From NCBI GenBank assembly GCA_964562105.1, contig CAZLRP010000003.1, forward strand, positions 15,718 to 65,937: DNA of 50,220 nt. Direction: 5' to 3'. The stretch comes from an uncultured Candidatus Saccharibacteria bacterium (GTDB lineage Bacteria > Patescibacteriota > Minisyncoccia > Phycocordibacterales > GWA1-40-21). Below are positions 50,195-50,220 of the stretch, in pieces (position 1 is the first letter of the stretch; each line of letters opens with the position of its first letter). The notes below the pieces were generated by a model. The model did not search any database. It worked only from the letters and a program-made list of their open reading frames with translations, and was not told where the DNA came from. The translations under genes and the position numbers were made by a program.

Positions 50195-50220
50195 AAAAAA
50201 ACCGCTGAAAGGCGGTTTTT
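50195..50220 (+). terminator. Intrinsic terminator after nrdJ (runs to the window edge)
   Basis: AAAAAAACCGC-tgaaag-GCGGTTTTT. Confidence 0.75.

Noticed and set aside
1-50220. Prophage, integron integrase, IS transposase, rRNA or alternative genetic code
   Set aside because: No structural phage genes, recombinase or transposase ORF, or rRNA were seen. Long ORFs translate intact under code 11 and TGA terminates genes (e.g. 36034).

Overview
AT-rich bacterial chromosomal segment that looks like Patescibacteria/CPR (Parcubacteria-like). This is an inference from a shortened RF2, a class II RNR, many leaderless-looking genes and numerous REP-like palindromes. The standard code is used (TGA is a stop). 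Housekeeping content: tRNA-Thr(GGT), tRNA-Thr(CGT), tRNA-Gln(CTG), tRNA-Ser(GGA), prfB, ftsEX, rnj, secG, lemA, htpX and nrdJ. Accessory content: (i) a tandem array of four self-contained minus-strand units, namely a divergent sigma70 factor and three paralogous 2-TM miniproteins; (ii) a hicBA toxin-antitoxin pair; (iii) a SipW/TasA-type surface-fibre operon; (iv) two DUF1566/CLec-like paralogs; (v) a RiPP-like locus at 17.4-23.0 kb, with a radical SAM/SPASM enzyme, two Cys-containing precursor peptides missing from the ORF track, a HExxH protein, a GNAT with a 53-aa acidic peptide, an M16 peptidase and a membrane protein, where three of the units share one promoter plus a structured 5' leader; (vi) an accretion zone at 27.5-34.1 kb, punctuated by repeated copies of a histidine-kinase 3' end and carrying DUF397, hydrolases, an Acb1-like 2H phosphoesterase, a motif-degenerate MetRS paralog paired with a nucleotidyltransferase, and an ABC exporter; (vii) a GIY-YIG nuclease flanked by inverted repeats that also occur as an empty miniature element; (viii) a PEP-CTERM gene beside tRNA-Ser. 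Best candidates for an undescribed system are the rSAM/peptide/GNAT/M16 regulon and the MetRS-paralog/nucleotidyltransferase operon. All family calls come from motif recognition by eye; no database searches were run.
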